The position numbers and the translations under genes are program-made. A stretch of 64,000 nt of DNA, taken from Patescibacteria group bacterium. GTDB lineage: Bacteria; Patescibacteriota; Patescibacteriia; SG8-24; DYFX01. The number at the start of each line of letters is the position of its first letter. The first letter of the stretch is position 1. The notes beneath the pieces are model-generated. The model ran no database searches. It was not told the DNA's origin and worked only from the letters and a program-made list of their open reading frames with translations. This document shows positions 45,074-53,973 of this stretch, in pieces. The DNA lies in NCBI GenBank assembly GCA_041659045.1, contig JBAZZB010000003.1, positions 28,212-92,211 on the forward strand, read 5' to 3'.

Positions 45074-46636
45074 TTATTCCTCGTCTTTCTTCTTCTTGTC
45101 CTTATCGTCCCCTTCTTCTTCCTCTTCGTCGACTTTCATCGCTTCTTCCGCGAGGAGCGGTTCTTCCGGTTCCGGCGGCGGGGGCGGGGTGATTTTTGGC
45201 GGGGCGGGTTGGGCGAGCTTTTTCTTGAGCTCGATCGCGCACTTCTTGAAGTCAACGATTTCCTGGATGCCCGAGTCCATGTCGCGGATCAGGGCGGTGC
45301 CGTCGAGCACTTCCTTTTGTCCGAGGATCACGGTGAAGCGGACGCCCATGCGGTTGGCGATTTCAAGCTGTTGCTTGAGCGCATCGCGCGAGAAGCTTTC
45401 GGCTACGCGGACGCCGTCTTTGCGGAGGGCGTTGAAGAGTGCGAGCGTCTTGCGGCGCGCGGGTTCTCCGAGCTGGGCGACGAACACATCCGGCGTGTGG
45501 ATTTCAGGAACCGGAACGCTCTTGTCTTTCAAGGCGAGGATGATGCGCTCGATGCCCCACGAGAAGCCGACAGCCGGCGTGGCGGTGCCTCCGAGCGTTT
45601 CGATCAAGCCGTCGTAGCGTCCGCCCGCGGCGAGCGCAGACTGCGAAGCCTGGGATTCGGAATCGGCAGCAAGCACGACTTCGAAGACGGTGTGGCTGTA
45701 GTAATCCAAACCGCGCACGAGGTGCGGCTGGAGCTGGTACGGCACCTCGAGCTCGTCGAGATACTCGAGGACGCGGATGAAGTGGTTTTTCGATTCTTCG
45801 TTCAAGAAATCGACGATCTGCGGCGCTTCAGCTTTGACCGCGACGCAACCCTCTTCCTTGCAGTCGAGGACGCGCAGCGGATTGCGCTGGAGACGCTTCT
45901 TGCAGTTCTCGCAAATCTGCGAGCGCTTGCTGCGGTAGTAGTTGACCAGCTCGTTCTTGTAGGCCTCGCGCGAAGGAACGTCGCCGATCGAGTTGACCAG
46001 GACGAGCGCGTCGAGTCCGATCTCTTTGAAGAGAGCGTGTGCCGCGAAGATGAGGTTAGCGTCGATGACAGGGTGCTTGTCGCCGAAAACATCGAGGCCG
46101 GCTTGGGTGAACTGGCGGTAGCGGCCGGACTGCGGACGTTCGTGGCGGAAGACGCGGCCCCAGGTGAACCATTTGATTGGTTGCGGCTGGTTCCACATGC
46201 CGTGGTTGACGTAGGCGCGCGCGAGCGGAGCGGTGAGCTCCGGGCGAAGCGTCATTGATTCGCCGCCTTGGTCGACAAACGAATACAATTCTTTTTCAAC
46301 AATGTCCGTTTGCTTGCCGACGCCGCGCACGAAAAGCGCGGTCTCTTCAAGCGTCGGAGTGTCGACGCGTTCAAAACCAAAACCGCTTGCGAGCGATTCG
46401 ACGGCATTGCGAATAAGCGTCCAGAATTTCTGTTCGCCAGGCAAGACGTCTTTCATGCCGCGCAGGAGGTTCGGGGGCGGTGAGGTGCGCTTCGGCTTCG
46501 GGGCCTCGCCCTCGGGTGCCGGAACGGCTGCGACCGGTTTTACGCCGGCGGCGGACACGCCTTTGACGGGCGGGATCATCTTTGCGGGCTTGTCCCCCGT
46601 AGCCTTGGCGGAGGGGGATTTTTTGGTCTTAGGCAT
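45074..46636 (-). CDS. hisS: histidine--tRNA ligase with Lys/Pro-rich N-terminal and poly-acidic C-terminal extensions
   Basis: Class II core from ...LRGMKDVLPGEQKFW... through the anticodon-binding domain. Roughly 60 extra N-terminal residues (KKSPSAKATGDKPAK...APKPKRTSPPP) and a C-terminal ...PPPPPEPEEPLLAEE...DEEEEEGDDKDKKKKDEE tail. Confidence 0.9.
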   Translation of the reverse strand: MPKTKKSPSAKATGDKPAKMIPPVKGVSAAGVKPVAAVPAPEGEAPKPKRTSPPPNLLRGMKDVLPGEQKFWTLIRNAVESLASGFGFERVDTPTLEETALFVRGVGKQTDIVEKELYSFVDQGGESMTLRPELTAPLARAYVNHGMWNQPQPIKWFTWGRVFRHERPQSGRYRQFTQAGLDVFGDKHPVIDANLIFAAHALFKEIGLDALVLVNSIGDVPSREAYKNELVNYYRSKRSQICENCKKRLQRNPLRVLDCKEEGCVAVKAEAPQIVDFLNEESKNHFIRVLEYLDELEVPYQLQPHLVRGLDYYSHTVFEVVLAADSESQASQSALAAGGRYDGLIETLGGTATPAVGFSWGIERIILALKDKSVPVPEIHTPDVFVAQLGEPARRKTLALFNALRKDGVRVAESFSRDALKQQLEIANRMGVRFTVILGQKEVLDGTALIRDMDSGIQEIVDFKKCAIELKKKLAQPAPPKITPPPPPEPEEPLLAEEAMKVDEEEEEGDDKDKKKKDEE

Positions 46637-46657
46637 GCGGGCAATTAGTGGTCGTGT

Positions 46658-47272
46658 TTAGGGAGCGCGGAAGAGCGTGACGCGATCGATAGGCCAACCT
46701 CGGATCCAGACGCGGCCGACAATGTTGGTAAGGGGAAGGGGTCCGAAGGTGCGGGAGTCGAGACTGGCAGTGCGATTGTCTCCGAGAACGAAGTACTCGC
46801 CTTCTCCGAGCTTGATGGTGCGATCCCCGCGCGTCGGCACATCCGATGGTAAGTAACTACTTTCGTCGAGGACTTCTCCTTCAGGCGTTGCTTCATTGAA
46901 GAGCACAACATGATCGCCGGTGATCTTCACGGTTTCACCCGGCAAGCCGACAACACGCTTGATGAAGTACTGGCGCGGATCGAGCGGATAGCGGAAGACA
47001 ACGACTTCTCCGCGTTCGGGTGTACGGAATCGATAGCTCAGTTCATCGATGATCAAATACTCGTGATCATCGAAGGTCGGTTCCATCGACGCGCCTTTGA
47101 CGTAGAACGGCTGGATCAAGAAATACCGAATCGGCAAAATGATCGCCAAGGAAATGACGACGATCTCGACCAGTTCAATTGCGAAGCGTCCAACGGCCGC
47201 AAAAAAAGACGGCGTGTCGTCGACTTCTTCGGCGTTGACCGGCGGCTCAGGATTCGGGATGGGATTGTTCAT
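46658..47272 (-). CDS. lepB: signal peptidase I
   Basis: ...VKGASMEPTF... Ser box, ...FVLGDNRTASLDSRTFGP... box E. Start at ATG 47272 (MNNPIPNPEPP). The track's 410-aa ORF runs through tRNA-Val and is rejected. Confidence 0.85.
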   Translation of the reverse strand: MNNPIPNPEPPVNAEEVDDTPSFFAAVGRFAIELVEIVVISLAIILPIRYFLIQPFYVKGASMEPTFDDHEYLIIDELSYRFRTPERGEVVVFRYPLDPRQYFIKRVVGLPGETVKITGDHVVLFNEATPEGEVLDESSYLPSDVPTRGDRTIKLGEGEYFVLGDNRTASLDSRTFGPLPLTNIVGRVWIRGWPIDRVTLFRAP

Positions 47273-47273
47273 A

Positions 47274-47350
47274 TGGTGGACGTTGGTGGATTCGAACCAC
47301 CGACCTCTGTCGTGTGAAGACAGCGCTCTAACCAACTGAGCCAAACGTCC
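47274..47350 (-). tRNA. tRNA-Val (anticodon CAC), CCA encoded
   Basis: Hand-folded: acceptor GGACGTT/AACGTCC, D stem GCTC/GAGC, anticodon stem CTGTC/GACAG with loop TTCACAC, T stem GGTGG/CCACC with TTCGAAT, discriminator A and CCA. Confidence 0.85.
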
Positions 47351-47371
47351 GTGGCAGGAGGGTCGAACGGC

Positions 47372-47400
47372 TGGACAAGCAGCCCCTTTTCCTCTACTAT
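47372..47400 (+). promoter_or_regulatory. candidate promoter for the LCP gene; its -10 overlaps face-to-face with a reverse-strand TATAGT -10 for tRNA-Val
   Basis: TGGACA-N17-TACTAT on the plus strand; the reverse strand reads TATAGT at about 47396-47401. Confidence 0.3.
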
Positions 47401-47450
47401 ACACGGGTAAAGAGCAGTTTAGCAGGCTTTTCGCCCTTGAGCAAGTCCTC

Positions 47451-48905
47451 ATGAGACCACCGAAGATCAACCTGCTCACTCCCGGCGACGCTCCCCGTCG
47501 ACGTTTTTCGTTTTGGAAGGGCGCTTTGATCACCCTCGCGACCGTCGCGATCCTGATCCCGACGCTCTTTTCCTTGGCGGCGGGACGCCTTATTAGCGCT
47601 GCTTCGAACCTCAACCCGAACGCCAAGGGCAAAGAAAAAGTTTCGATCCTCGACCAGGTGCGTCGACTCGTTGGTAACGGAGAAAAACAGCTCCGCGGCG
47701 AAGAGCGCGATCGCATCAACATCTTGGTGCTCGGCGAAGGCGGCGAAGGCCACGACGGCCCGCACCTGACCGACACGATTCTCTTCGTCACCGTCAAACC
47801 ATCGACGGCAGACGTCGGCATTCTCTCGCTCCCCCGCGACTTGTGGATCCCGTCCTCTGATGGAGGCAGTGTGAAGATCAACGCAATCAACGCCTACGCC
47901 GAAGAAAAGCGCGTCGGCTCTGGCGGCGTGGAAACGACAGAAGCGATTTCTGCCCTCCTCTCGCAACCGATCGACTACTACGTGCGCGTCGACTTCTCCG
48001 CTTTCAAAACATTGATCGACGACGTCGGTGGCGTAACGGTCGACGTCGAACGCACCTTCACCGACTTTGCCTACCCGACCGACAACAGCCTCTACAAGAA
48101 AGTCCATTTCGAAAAAGGCTGGCAAACGATGAATGGCGACACGGCGCTTGAATACGTGCGCTCGCGCCACGGCAACAACAACGAAGGTTCCGACTTTGCC
48201 CGGAGCCGCCGCCAGCAGAAAGTTATCCTGGCACTCAAGGACAAGCTCGTTTCCTTCGACACGCTGCTCAACCCCTCGCGCGTCGCGAGTGTCCTCGAAA
48301 CGCTGCAGTCGCACGTCATCACCGACATGGAGCTCTGGGAGATCGTGAAGCTTGCCAAGGAACTTCGGCACATCGATCCGTCGAGAATCATCCATCACGT
48401 CCTCGACGACAATCCAGAAGGCCCGCTCTACGCAACGACGGTCACTGTCTCAAACGGCGACGCCTACGTGCTCCTGCCTCGCAAGAGCGATTGGAGCGAC
48501 ATCAAGAACATGGCGGAACGCATTCTAGAGCGCCCCGCATCGGAAACGGCGCAAATCGAAGCGCGCGCCGTACGCGTCGAGATTCAAAACGGCACCAAGC
48601 TCCCAGGCCTCGCTAAAAAAACACAGGACCTTCTGACGAAAGTCGGTTACGAGATCGTCTCGATCGGTAACGCCCCGGAGACAAACCGTGAGCGTACGAC
48701 CGTCTACGACCTGACCAACGGCGGATATCCCGAAGAACTGCAGACGATCCGGAACCTCCTCGGCGCCGAAGTCGCGCTCACGCTGCCGGGATATCTTTCC
48801 TCAAGCCTGACGCCTTCGAACATCGCGCTCTCGAACGGCGAACAGCCGAAAGCGCAAGGCGGAGCAGACTTCCTCGTCGTCCTCGGTCAAAATTCCGCAA
48901 ACTAA
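47451..48905 (+). CDS. LytR-CpsA-Psr (LCP) family cell-envelope phosphotransferase with C-terminal LytR_C-like domain
   Basis: N-terminal TM, ...RINILVLGEGGEGHDGPHLTDTILFVTVKPS...LSLPRDLWI... LCP core. Confidence 0.85.
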   Translation: MRPPKINLLTPGDAPRRRFSFWKGALITLATVAILIPTLFSLAAGRLISAASNLNPNAKGKEKVSILDQVRRLVGNGEKQLRGEERDRINILVLGEGGEGHDGPHLTDTILFVTVKPSTADVGILSLPRDLWIPSSDGGSVKINAINAYAEEKRVGSGGVETTEAISALLSQPIDYYVRVDFSAFKTLIDDVGGVTVDVERTFTDFAYPTDNSLYKKVHFEKGWQTMNGDTALEYVRSRHGNNNEGSDFARSRRQQKVILALKDKLVSFDTLLNPSRVASVLETLQSHVITDMELWEIVKLAKELRHIDPSRIIHHVLDDNPEGPLYATTVTVSNGDAYVLLPRKSDWSDIKNMAERILERPASETAQIEARAVRVEIQNGTKLPGLAKKTQDLLTKVGYEIVSIGNAPETNRERTTVYDLTNGGYPEELQTIRNLLGAEVALTLPGYLSSSLTPSNIALSNGEQPKAQGGADFLVVLGQNSAN

Positions 48906-48906
48906 T

Positions 48907-50280
48907 ATGCCAGTCAACGCCACCGTCCACGCCACGCCTTCGGTCGCCCTCGTGGGCAGGAAGAACGTCGGCAAATCATCGCTCTTCAACCGCTTGATTG
49001 AAAAAGATCAGGCGTTGGTTTCCGACATCCCAGGTACAACTCGCGACGTCGGTATCGGCATGGCGCGCTGGCGCGGTCAGCTTTTGACGCTGCTCGACAC
49101 GGGCGGTCTCGACATCGTGAAGCGCGACCAGATCGAAGTGAACGTCAGGAAGCAAGCGCTTCGCGCCGCGCAGAAGTCGCACTTGATTCTGTTCGTCGCT
49201 GACGCGCTCACCGGCCCTCTTTCAACCGACGTCGTGCTCGCCAAAGAACTGCGCAAGACCGGCAAGCCCGTCATTCTCGTCATCAACAAAGCGGAGAGTG
49301 CCAGCGTCCGCCGCGAAATTGGCAACCAGTGGCGAAAGCTCGGCTTCGGCGAACCGATTGCCGTCTCGGCCGTAAGCGGCATGGGTACGGGCGATTTACT
49401 CGACCGCGTGTTCGTTGAGATCGCAAAAATCGAATTGCCGCTCGATGAAATTGTTCCGGACGCGACCGTCGCCTTGATCGGACGTCCGAACGTCGGCAAG
49501 TCGTCGCTTCTGAACGCTATGATCGGCGAAGACCGCGTCATCGTTTCGGAGGTGCCGCACACGACGCGCGAGCCGCAAGACACGCTTCTCTTTTACAAAG
49601 ACAAACCAATTCTCGTCGTCGACACGGCGGGTATTCGTAAGCGCGCCAACATTGAACGCGGTCTTGAATCCGCGAGCGTCGGCAAGAGCCTCACGGCGAT
49701 CAAGCAAGCCGACGTCGTCCTTCTCGTCATCGACGTACAAGACGGCATCTTGGCGCAGGACAGCCACTTGGCAGGACTCGCCTCCGATTCCGGCAAGGCG
49801 ATCGTGCTGGTTCTCAACAAGTGGGACACTCTCACCACCAAGACGACCAAAACCGGCGACGAAGCGCGCGAGGAAATCTACAATGCGCTCCCCTTCCTCC
49901 GCTGGGCGCCGATGGCGTTTGTCTCCGCCAAAACGGGCATGCGCGTGCACACGCTCCTCGACCTCGTTCTCAAAGCGAAAGTGAACCGCGAACGCGTGCT
50001 GACGGAAGAAGAGCTCGACCGTTTCGTCGCCAAGCGCGTGAAGCCGTATCTCGAGTCGCGCATCTCGCACAAAAAGACGGCGATGGGTGCCAAGCGCAAA
50101 CAGACGTATGTCTACGGCATCCGCCAAACAAGCACGGCGCCGCCGAAGTTCATGATGATCGTGAAAGACAAGAACTTCACCGACCCGACGATCACCAAAT
50201 TCGTCGAGAACCGCCTGCGTGAAGAGTTCGGTCTCGATGGCACGCCGGTCACGGTGAGCTATCGCGAAATCGAGAAGTAA
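48907..50280 (+). CDS. der: ribosome biogenesis GTPase Der (EngA)
   Basis: Two tandem GTPase domains (GRKNVGKSSLFN... and GRPNVGKSSLLN...) plus a KH-like C-terminus. The stop-start junction TAAtATG leaves 1 nt after the LCP gene. Confidence 0.9.
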   Translation: MPVNATVHATPSVALVGRKNVGKSSLFNRLIEKDQALVSDIPGTTRDVGIGMARWRGQLLTLLDTGGLDIVKRDQIEVNVRKQALRAAQKSHLILFVADALTGPLSTDVVLAKELRKTGKPVILVINKAESASVRREIGNQWRKLGFGEPIAVSAVSGMGTGDLLDRVFVEIAKIELPLDEIVPDATVALIGRPNVGKSSLLNAMIGEDRVIVSEVPHTTREPQDTLLFYKDKPILVVDTAGIRKRANIERGLESASVGKSLTAIKQADVVLLVIDVQDGILAQDSHLAGLASDSGKAIVLVLNKWDTLTTKTTKTGDEAREEIYNALPFLRWAPMAFVSAKTGMRVHTLLDLVLKAKVNRERVLTEEELDRFVAKRVKPYLESRISHKKTAMGAKRKQTYVYGIRQTSTAPPKFMMIVKDKNFTDPTITKFVENRLREEFGLDGTPVTVSYREIEK

Positions 50281-50284
50281 AAAA

Positions 50285-50310
50285 GCCGCCCGAAAGGGCG
50301 TCTTTTTTTT
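50285..50310. terminator. bidirectional intrinsic terminator
   Basis: GCCGCCC-gaaa-GGGCG(tc) hairpin with a GAAA tetraloop, A4 upstream and T8 downstream. Confidence 0.6.
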
Positions 50311-50950
50311 ACCGACAGTGCGTATCGATCACCCGCTTGGTCCGCCGCAGCATTGTGATTTCCACATCATCCATATCCACGCATTGACCCAATGCTTCTT
50401 CAGCCTTCTCCGCAGGCCAGCCGACCAGGTTCCATGCGTAACGGTCGCCATCTGGAGTCGTAAGACGCACTTCGGCCCGTATCGACGCGCCGCCTTTAAC
50501 GCGCGTATGCCGCTCGACGTCGATCTGCGCCGCGCCACGCAGAACGGCTGGACCTTCAATGAGATCGCGAAGAGGATTGAAACTCGCCAACGCGCCAATC
50601 GCCACGCAGACGGCCACGAACAGCCAGGTTCCCGGTCTGCGAAGTCTCGCACCTGTCAAAAGCGCATCGGTCAGGATTGCGAGGCCGAAGAGAAGCGCGC
50701 CGCCGATTTGCCACGCAACCCGCACGACAAGCGCATGCCACCATGTCTCGAGCGTCGGTGAAGAAAAATGCGTGACGAAAAAACCCAGGATGAGACCGGT
50801 AAACCAAAACGTGATCGCCGCGAGCGTCAAAAGGGCCATGCCGATCGGTTCGCCTTTGACGCGATGAGAGGCTGCTGCCCACGTAACGATAAGCGTTACC
50901 GAAAGCGCAATGAACCAAACGATCATCATGGGGAGTGTCATGGTGTACAT
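50309..50950 (-). CDS. hypothetical polytopic membrane protein
   Basis: Start moved to ATG at 50950 (MYTMTLPMMIVWFIAL...) where the hydrophobic helices begin. About 6 TM. Confidence 0.5.
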   Translation of the reverse strand: MYTMTLPMMIVWFIALSVTLIVTWAAASHRVKGEPIGMALLTLAAITFWFTGLILGFFVTHFSSPTLETWWHALVVRVAWQIGGALLFGLAILTDALLTGARLRRPGTWLFVAVCVAIGALASFNPLRDLIEGPAVLRGAAQIDVERHTRVKGGASIRAEVRLTTPDGDRYAWNLVGWPAEKAEEALGQCVDMDDVEITMLRRTKRVIDTHCR

Positions 50951-50991
50951 AGTAGCAGGAGCGTTGGCCTTCTGGCGCCGGCAAAGGCCAG

Positions 50992-51020
50992 CTGTCAAGA
51001 ATACGCACATGCGGTAGAAT
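50992..51020 (+). promoter_or_regulatory. candidate promoter placing the pth TSS at or within about 3 nt of the ATG
   Basis: (c)TGTCA-N17-TAGAAT; the -10 ends 9 nt before ATG 51030, and there is no SD. Confidence 0.35.
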
Positions 51021-51029
51021 GAAGCGGCT

Positions 51030-51590
51030 ATGCACCTCATCGTCGGCCTCGGCAACCCGGGCAAGAAATACGAAAAGACTCGACACAACGTCGGTTTCCG
51101 CGTCGTTGATCTTTTGGCAGAGCGCTGGGAATGCGACCACTACGACACTGCCTTCCAAGGCGAGCTGGTAAAATGCTCGGTGCAAGGGAAGAAAATTTTG
51201 CTTCTCAAGCCGCAAACGTACATGAATCTCTCAGGTTCTTCGGTGGCGGCTTGCGCGAAGTATCACAAAATTCCGGCGACGCAGATTTGGATCATCCACG
51301 ATGAGCTCGATCTGCCGATCGGGAACTTGCGCTTGCGAGAAGGCGGTTCATCGGGCGGCCACAACGGCGTGCAGTCGGTCATCGAAGGCCTTGGCACGCG
51401 CGACTTCACGCGCTTCCGCTTGGGTATCAGCCGCCCAACAGGACCAACACCGATTGAAGACTATGTTGTGCAGCCGTTTTCTCCCGACGAACGCGAAGCG
51501 GCGGAAGCGATGATCCTGCGCGCGGCCGATGCCGTCGAAGCATCGCTCAAAGACGGTCCGCTTAAAGCCATGAACATTTTTAACCGCTGA
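51030..51590 (+). CDS. pth: peptidyl-tRNA hydrolase
   Basis: MHLIVGLGNPGKKYEKTRHNVGF...HDELDLP.G... is a canonical Pth. Confidence 0.9.
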   Translation: MHLIVGLGNPGKKYEKTRHNVGFRVVDLLAERWECDHYDTAFQGELVKCSVQGKKILLLKPQTYMNLSGSSVAACAKYHKIPATQIWIIHDELDLPIGNLRLREGGSSGGHNGVQSVIEGLGTRDFTRFRLGISRPTGPTPIEDYVVQPFSPDEREAAEAMILRAADAVEASLKDGPLKAMNIFNR

Positions 51591-51591
51591 C

Positions 51592-53025
51592 ATGGCCACG
51601 CACGCCGATCACAGCCTTTGGGAAAAAGAACGCGCTTTTTTGGATCGTGAACGCGCCGAAAAACCCGAACTGTTCAAAGTCGACCCGACGACGCGCGCCG
51701 GCATTTTGGCGTCGATCGGCATCACCGGGCTTCACCCCGATCTGCCGACAGGCTACATCCGCTACTCCCCGCTCGACTTCTTGGTTGAGGAGATTGCGAC
51801 GAAAGACGACACCGTCGAAATCACGGCCGAACCGAAAACCGGACGTTCACATGAAACGGACCGCGGCACGGTCTATGCCGACTTAGTGAAAATCGGCATC
51901 TCGACCATTGATGCGGTGCAGCGCGTTACGGTCGGTCTCGGGCTCCAGCCGGAACAGGTTAAATACGCTGGTATCAAGGACGCCACGGCCGTCACGGCAC
52001 AAAGAATCAGCATCCGCGGTTCGTCACTCGAAGCGATCATGAAGCTCGACGTGCCGAACGTTATTTTGAAAAACATCCGCGAGGGCAAGGGCGCGCTCAC
52101 GACCGGCATGCTCGACGGCAACCGTTTCACGCTCTTCGTGCGCGTGCCATCCAATTTCGACGCGACCGTTTTTTCGAATCGCTTGTCCGACATCAACCAC
52201 TACGGCGTCATCAACTACTACGGCCCGCAGCGTTTCGGCGTACCGCGCCATCTGTCGCACGTTTTCGGACTCCATATTTTGCGCGGCGACTTGGACAGCT
52301 TGCTGCGCACCGTGTTCTACGGCCCGAGCCCGACGGAACTGAAGTACCACGCGCAGATCCGCGCCCGTGTCGGCGAAGCCTACGGCGACTGGAAAGCGAT
52401 GCGCGCCCTGCTCGAGCCGCTCCCCTACAGCTTCCGCCACGAGCTCGCCATGCTCGACGCCATCGAAACGGGTGGAGCCGCCGGTCCTGTACGCGCCGTG
52501 CACGCCGTCGAACAACAAGCGAACCTCTGGGTGCGCGCCTACGCGAGCTATCTCGCCAACCATCTCCTCTCGGACTGGGGCCGCGATCCGCAAAAGATGC
52601 CGGCCACGCTCCCACTTCTTCTTTCAATGGATCCCAAAGCGCGCGATCTCTATCTCCCAACACTCAAAGCGCACGGCACCGACCGCTTCATGGAGAACCT
52701 GCGCCCGTTCCGCTTCATCAACATCGGCCGTAATCCCGAAATCGCCACGCGCGTGTTTCCGAAGATGCGCGGCGTGAAAGTCGTGCCGGAAGGCGTCGCG
52801 ATTTCTTTCGAACTTCCGAAAGCGGCCTACGCCACGACGGTCCTCATGCATCTCTTTGATGCGATCACTGGCTCGCCGATTCCCGAATGGATCAAGCCGC
52901 AAGAAATTGATACCAAAGAATTGCTCGGGCTCGGCTCAATGTCCGAAATACAAAAAACCTTCCGCAAGGAACTCGACCTGGCTAGGGCGATGCGGAATGG
53001 CGAATCCGAAGAATCGGAAGGCTGA
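51592..53025 (+). CDS. truD: tRNA pseudouridine(13) synthase TruD-like
   Basis: TruD motifs ...YAGIKDATAVTAQRISI... (catalytic Asp) and ...NYYGPQRFG.... Confidence 0.75.
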   Translation: MATHADHSLWEKERAFLDRERAEKPELFKVDPTTRAGILASIGITGLHPDLPTGYIRYSPLDFLVEEIATKDDTVEITAEPKTGRSHETDRGTVYADLVKIGISTIDAVQRVTVGLGLQPEQVKYAGIKDATAVTAQRISIRGSSLEAIMKLDVPNVILKNIREGKGALTTGMLDGNRFTLFVRVPSNFDATVFSNRLSDINHYGVINYYGPQRFGVPRHLSHVFGLHILRGDLDSLLRTVFYGPSPTELKYHAQIRARVGEAYGDWKAMRALLEPLPYSFRHELAMLDAIETGGAAGPVRAVHAVEQQANLWVRAYASYLANHLLSDWGRDPQKMPATLPLLLSMDPKARDLYLPTLKAHGTDRFMENLRPFRFINIGRNPEIATRVFPKMRGVKVVPEGVAISFELPKAAYATTVLMHLFDAITGSPIPEWIKPQEIDTKELLGLGSMSEIQKTFRKELDLARAMRNGESEESEG

Positions 53026-53123
53026 ACATTCCCAGAAAAGTCGAAAGCCGCCTGTAGAGGGCGGCTTTGAGCTGAGAGTGTGTTGTGGGTTGAGAGGGTG
53101 GGTGGTGCGCCGGCGGAGTTGTG

Positions 53124-53791
53124 CTACTCGAGGTTATAGCCCGACGGGTGCGTCGGGTCGAGGCGCAGGACGTAGCCGGTGTTGGCGTTCTTGCCGCTCG
53201 GGATCTGGCCGGAGAAGCCGTTCAGCGTATCGAGGCGCCACGGGGTGCCGTCGGCGGTCATCTTGGGGTTCGCCCAGTGGAAGAAGCCGTCGACGTACAC
53301 GGTGGTCAGGAAGTCCCGAACGTGGTCGGACATCTCGATCTCCGTGCCCTCGAGGCTGAAGACGAACTCCAGCGTCGGATCGGGCGCGCGGCGGTTCGGC
53401 TGCGCCTTCTTCTGCCGCCAGCGGCCGGCGACGTACTTGTAGCCCGAGGTCTTCAGGTCCTCGAGGAGCTGTCCCAGGCGGACGCGCGCCTCGTTGCTGT
53501 AGACCGGCTGGCCGTTGTGCACGTGGCCCTGCTTGTCGCAGAACGTCTGGGCGTCGATGCCGAATCGCTCGGCGGTGGCCTGGTGCTCCTCGAGCTTCTC
53601 GGTGCGCGTGCCGACGTATTCGGCCTCGGGCAGCCCGAGCTTGTTCTTGCTGTTGATCTTGATGATGACCACCTTGGGCGCACCCAAGGTGAAGACGATC
53701 TCGCGGGCGGCCGCGTCCTCCTTGAAGGCCTGGGCGTGGACGTCGGGCTCGAGCATGCGGGGCTTGCGGTCGGTGCGGTCGGTGTTCTTCA
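53124..53791 (-). CDS. hypothetical protein with C-terminal Vsr/DUF559-like PD-(D/E)xK endonuclease-type domain
   Basis: AAGGAGG then GTG at about 53791. The C-terminal ...PDPTLEFVFSLEGTEIEMSDHVRDFLTTVYVDGFFHWANP... resembles the Vsr ...PDFV...VIFVHGCFWH... layout. Third codon positions almost uniformly G/C. The overlapping 260-aa alternate frame is Arg/Pro-rich and treated as a shadow ORF. Confidence 0.45.
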
Positions 53792-53887
53792 CGATGGCCT
53801 CCTTGGCCTTGATGGGTGGGCTTGTGGCCCTGTTTGTGGGCTTTCGGCCCGGAAATGAGCGGTTGCGGACTGACGAACTCTGGAAGC

Positions 53888-53916
53888 AGTCTAGCACAAA
53901 ACAGCTGTTTTGTCAA
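53888..53916 (-). promoter_or_regulatory. sigma70-like promoter with an 18-bp perfect palindromic operator in the spacer
   Basis: Reverse strand reads TTGACA-N17-TAGACT. The spacer carries ACAAAACAGCTGTTTTGT (about 53896-53913), overlapping the -35 by 3 nt. Sits about 90 nt upstream of the 53791 start. Confidence 0.45.
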
Positions 53917-53933
53917 TACTATATAACAAAAAG

Positions 53934-53956
53934 ACCAGGCATTCAGAATGCCTGGT
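53934..53956 (-). terminator. intrinsic terminator for the MBL-fold gene
   Basis: 10-bp perfect stem ACCAGGCATT/AATGCCTGGT with a 3-nt loop, followed on the reverse strand by a T-rich run that merges into the next promoter. Confidence 0.6.
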
Positions 53957-53973
53957 ACAAGCCTGTGGTAGGC

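Noticed and set aside
46658-47890. 410-aa version of the lepB ORF
   Set aside because: It reads through a well-formed tRNA-Val cloverleaf. The signal peptidase homology begins only downstream of the tRNA, so the start was moved to ATG 47272.
53134-53916. 260-aa ORF in an alternate frame on the same strand as the 53124-53897 ORF
   Set aside because: The product is Arg/Pro/Gly-rich with no sensible composition. The other frame has a recognisable nuclease-like C-terminal domain and an RBS-supported start.
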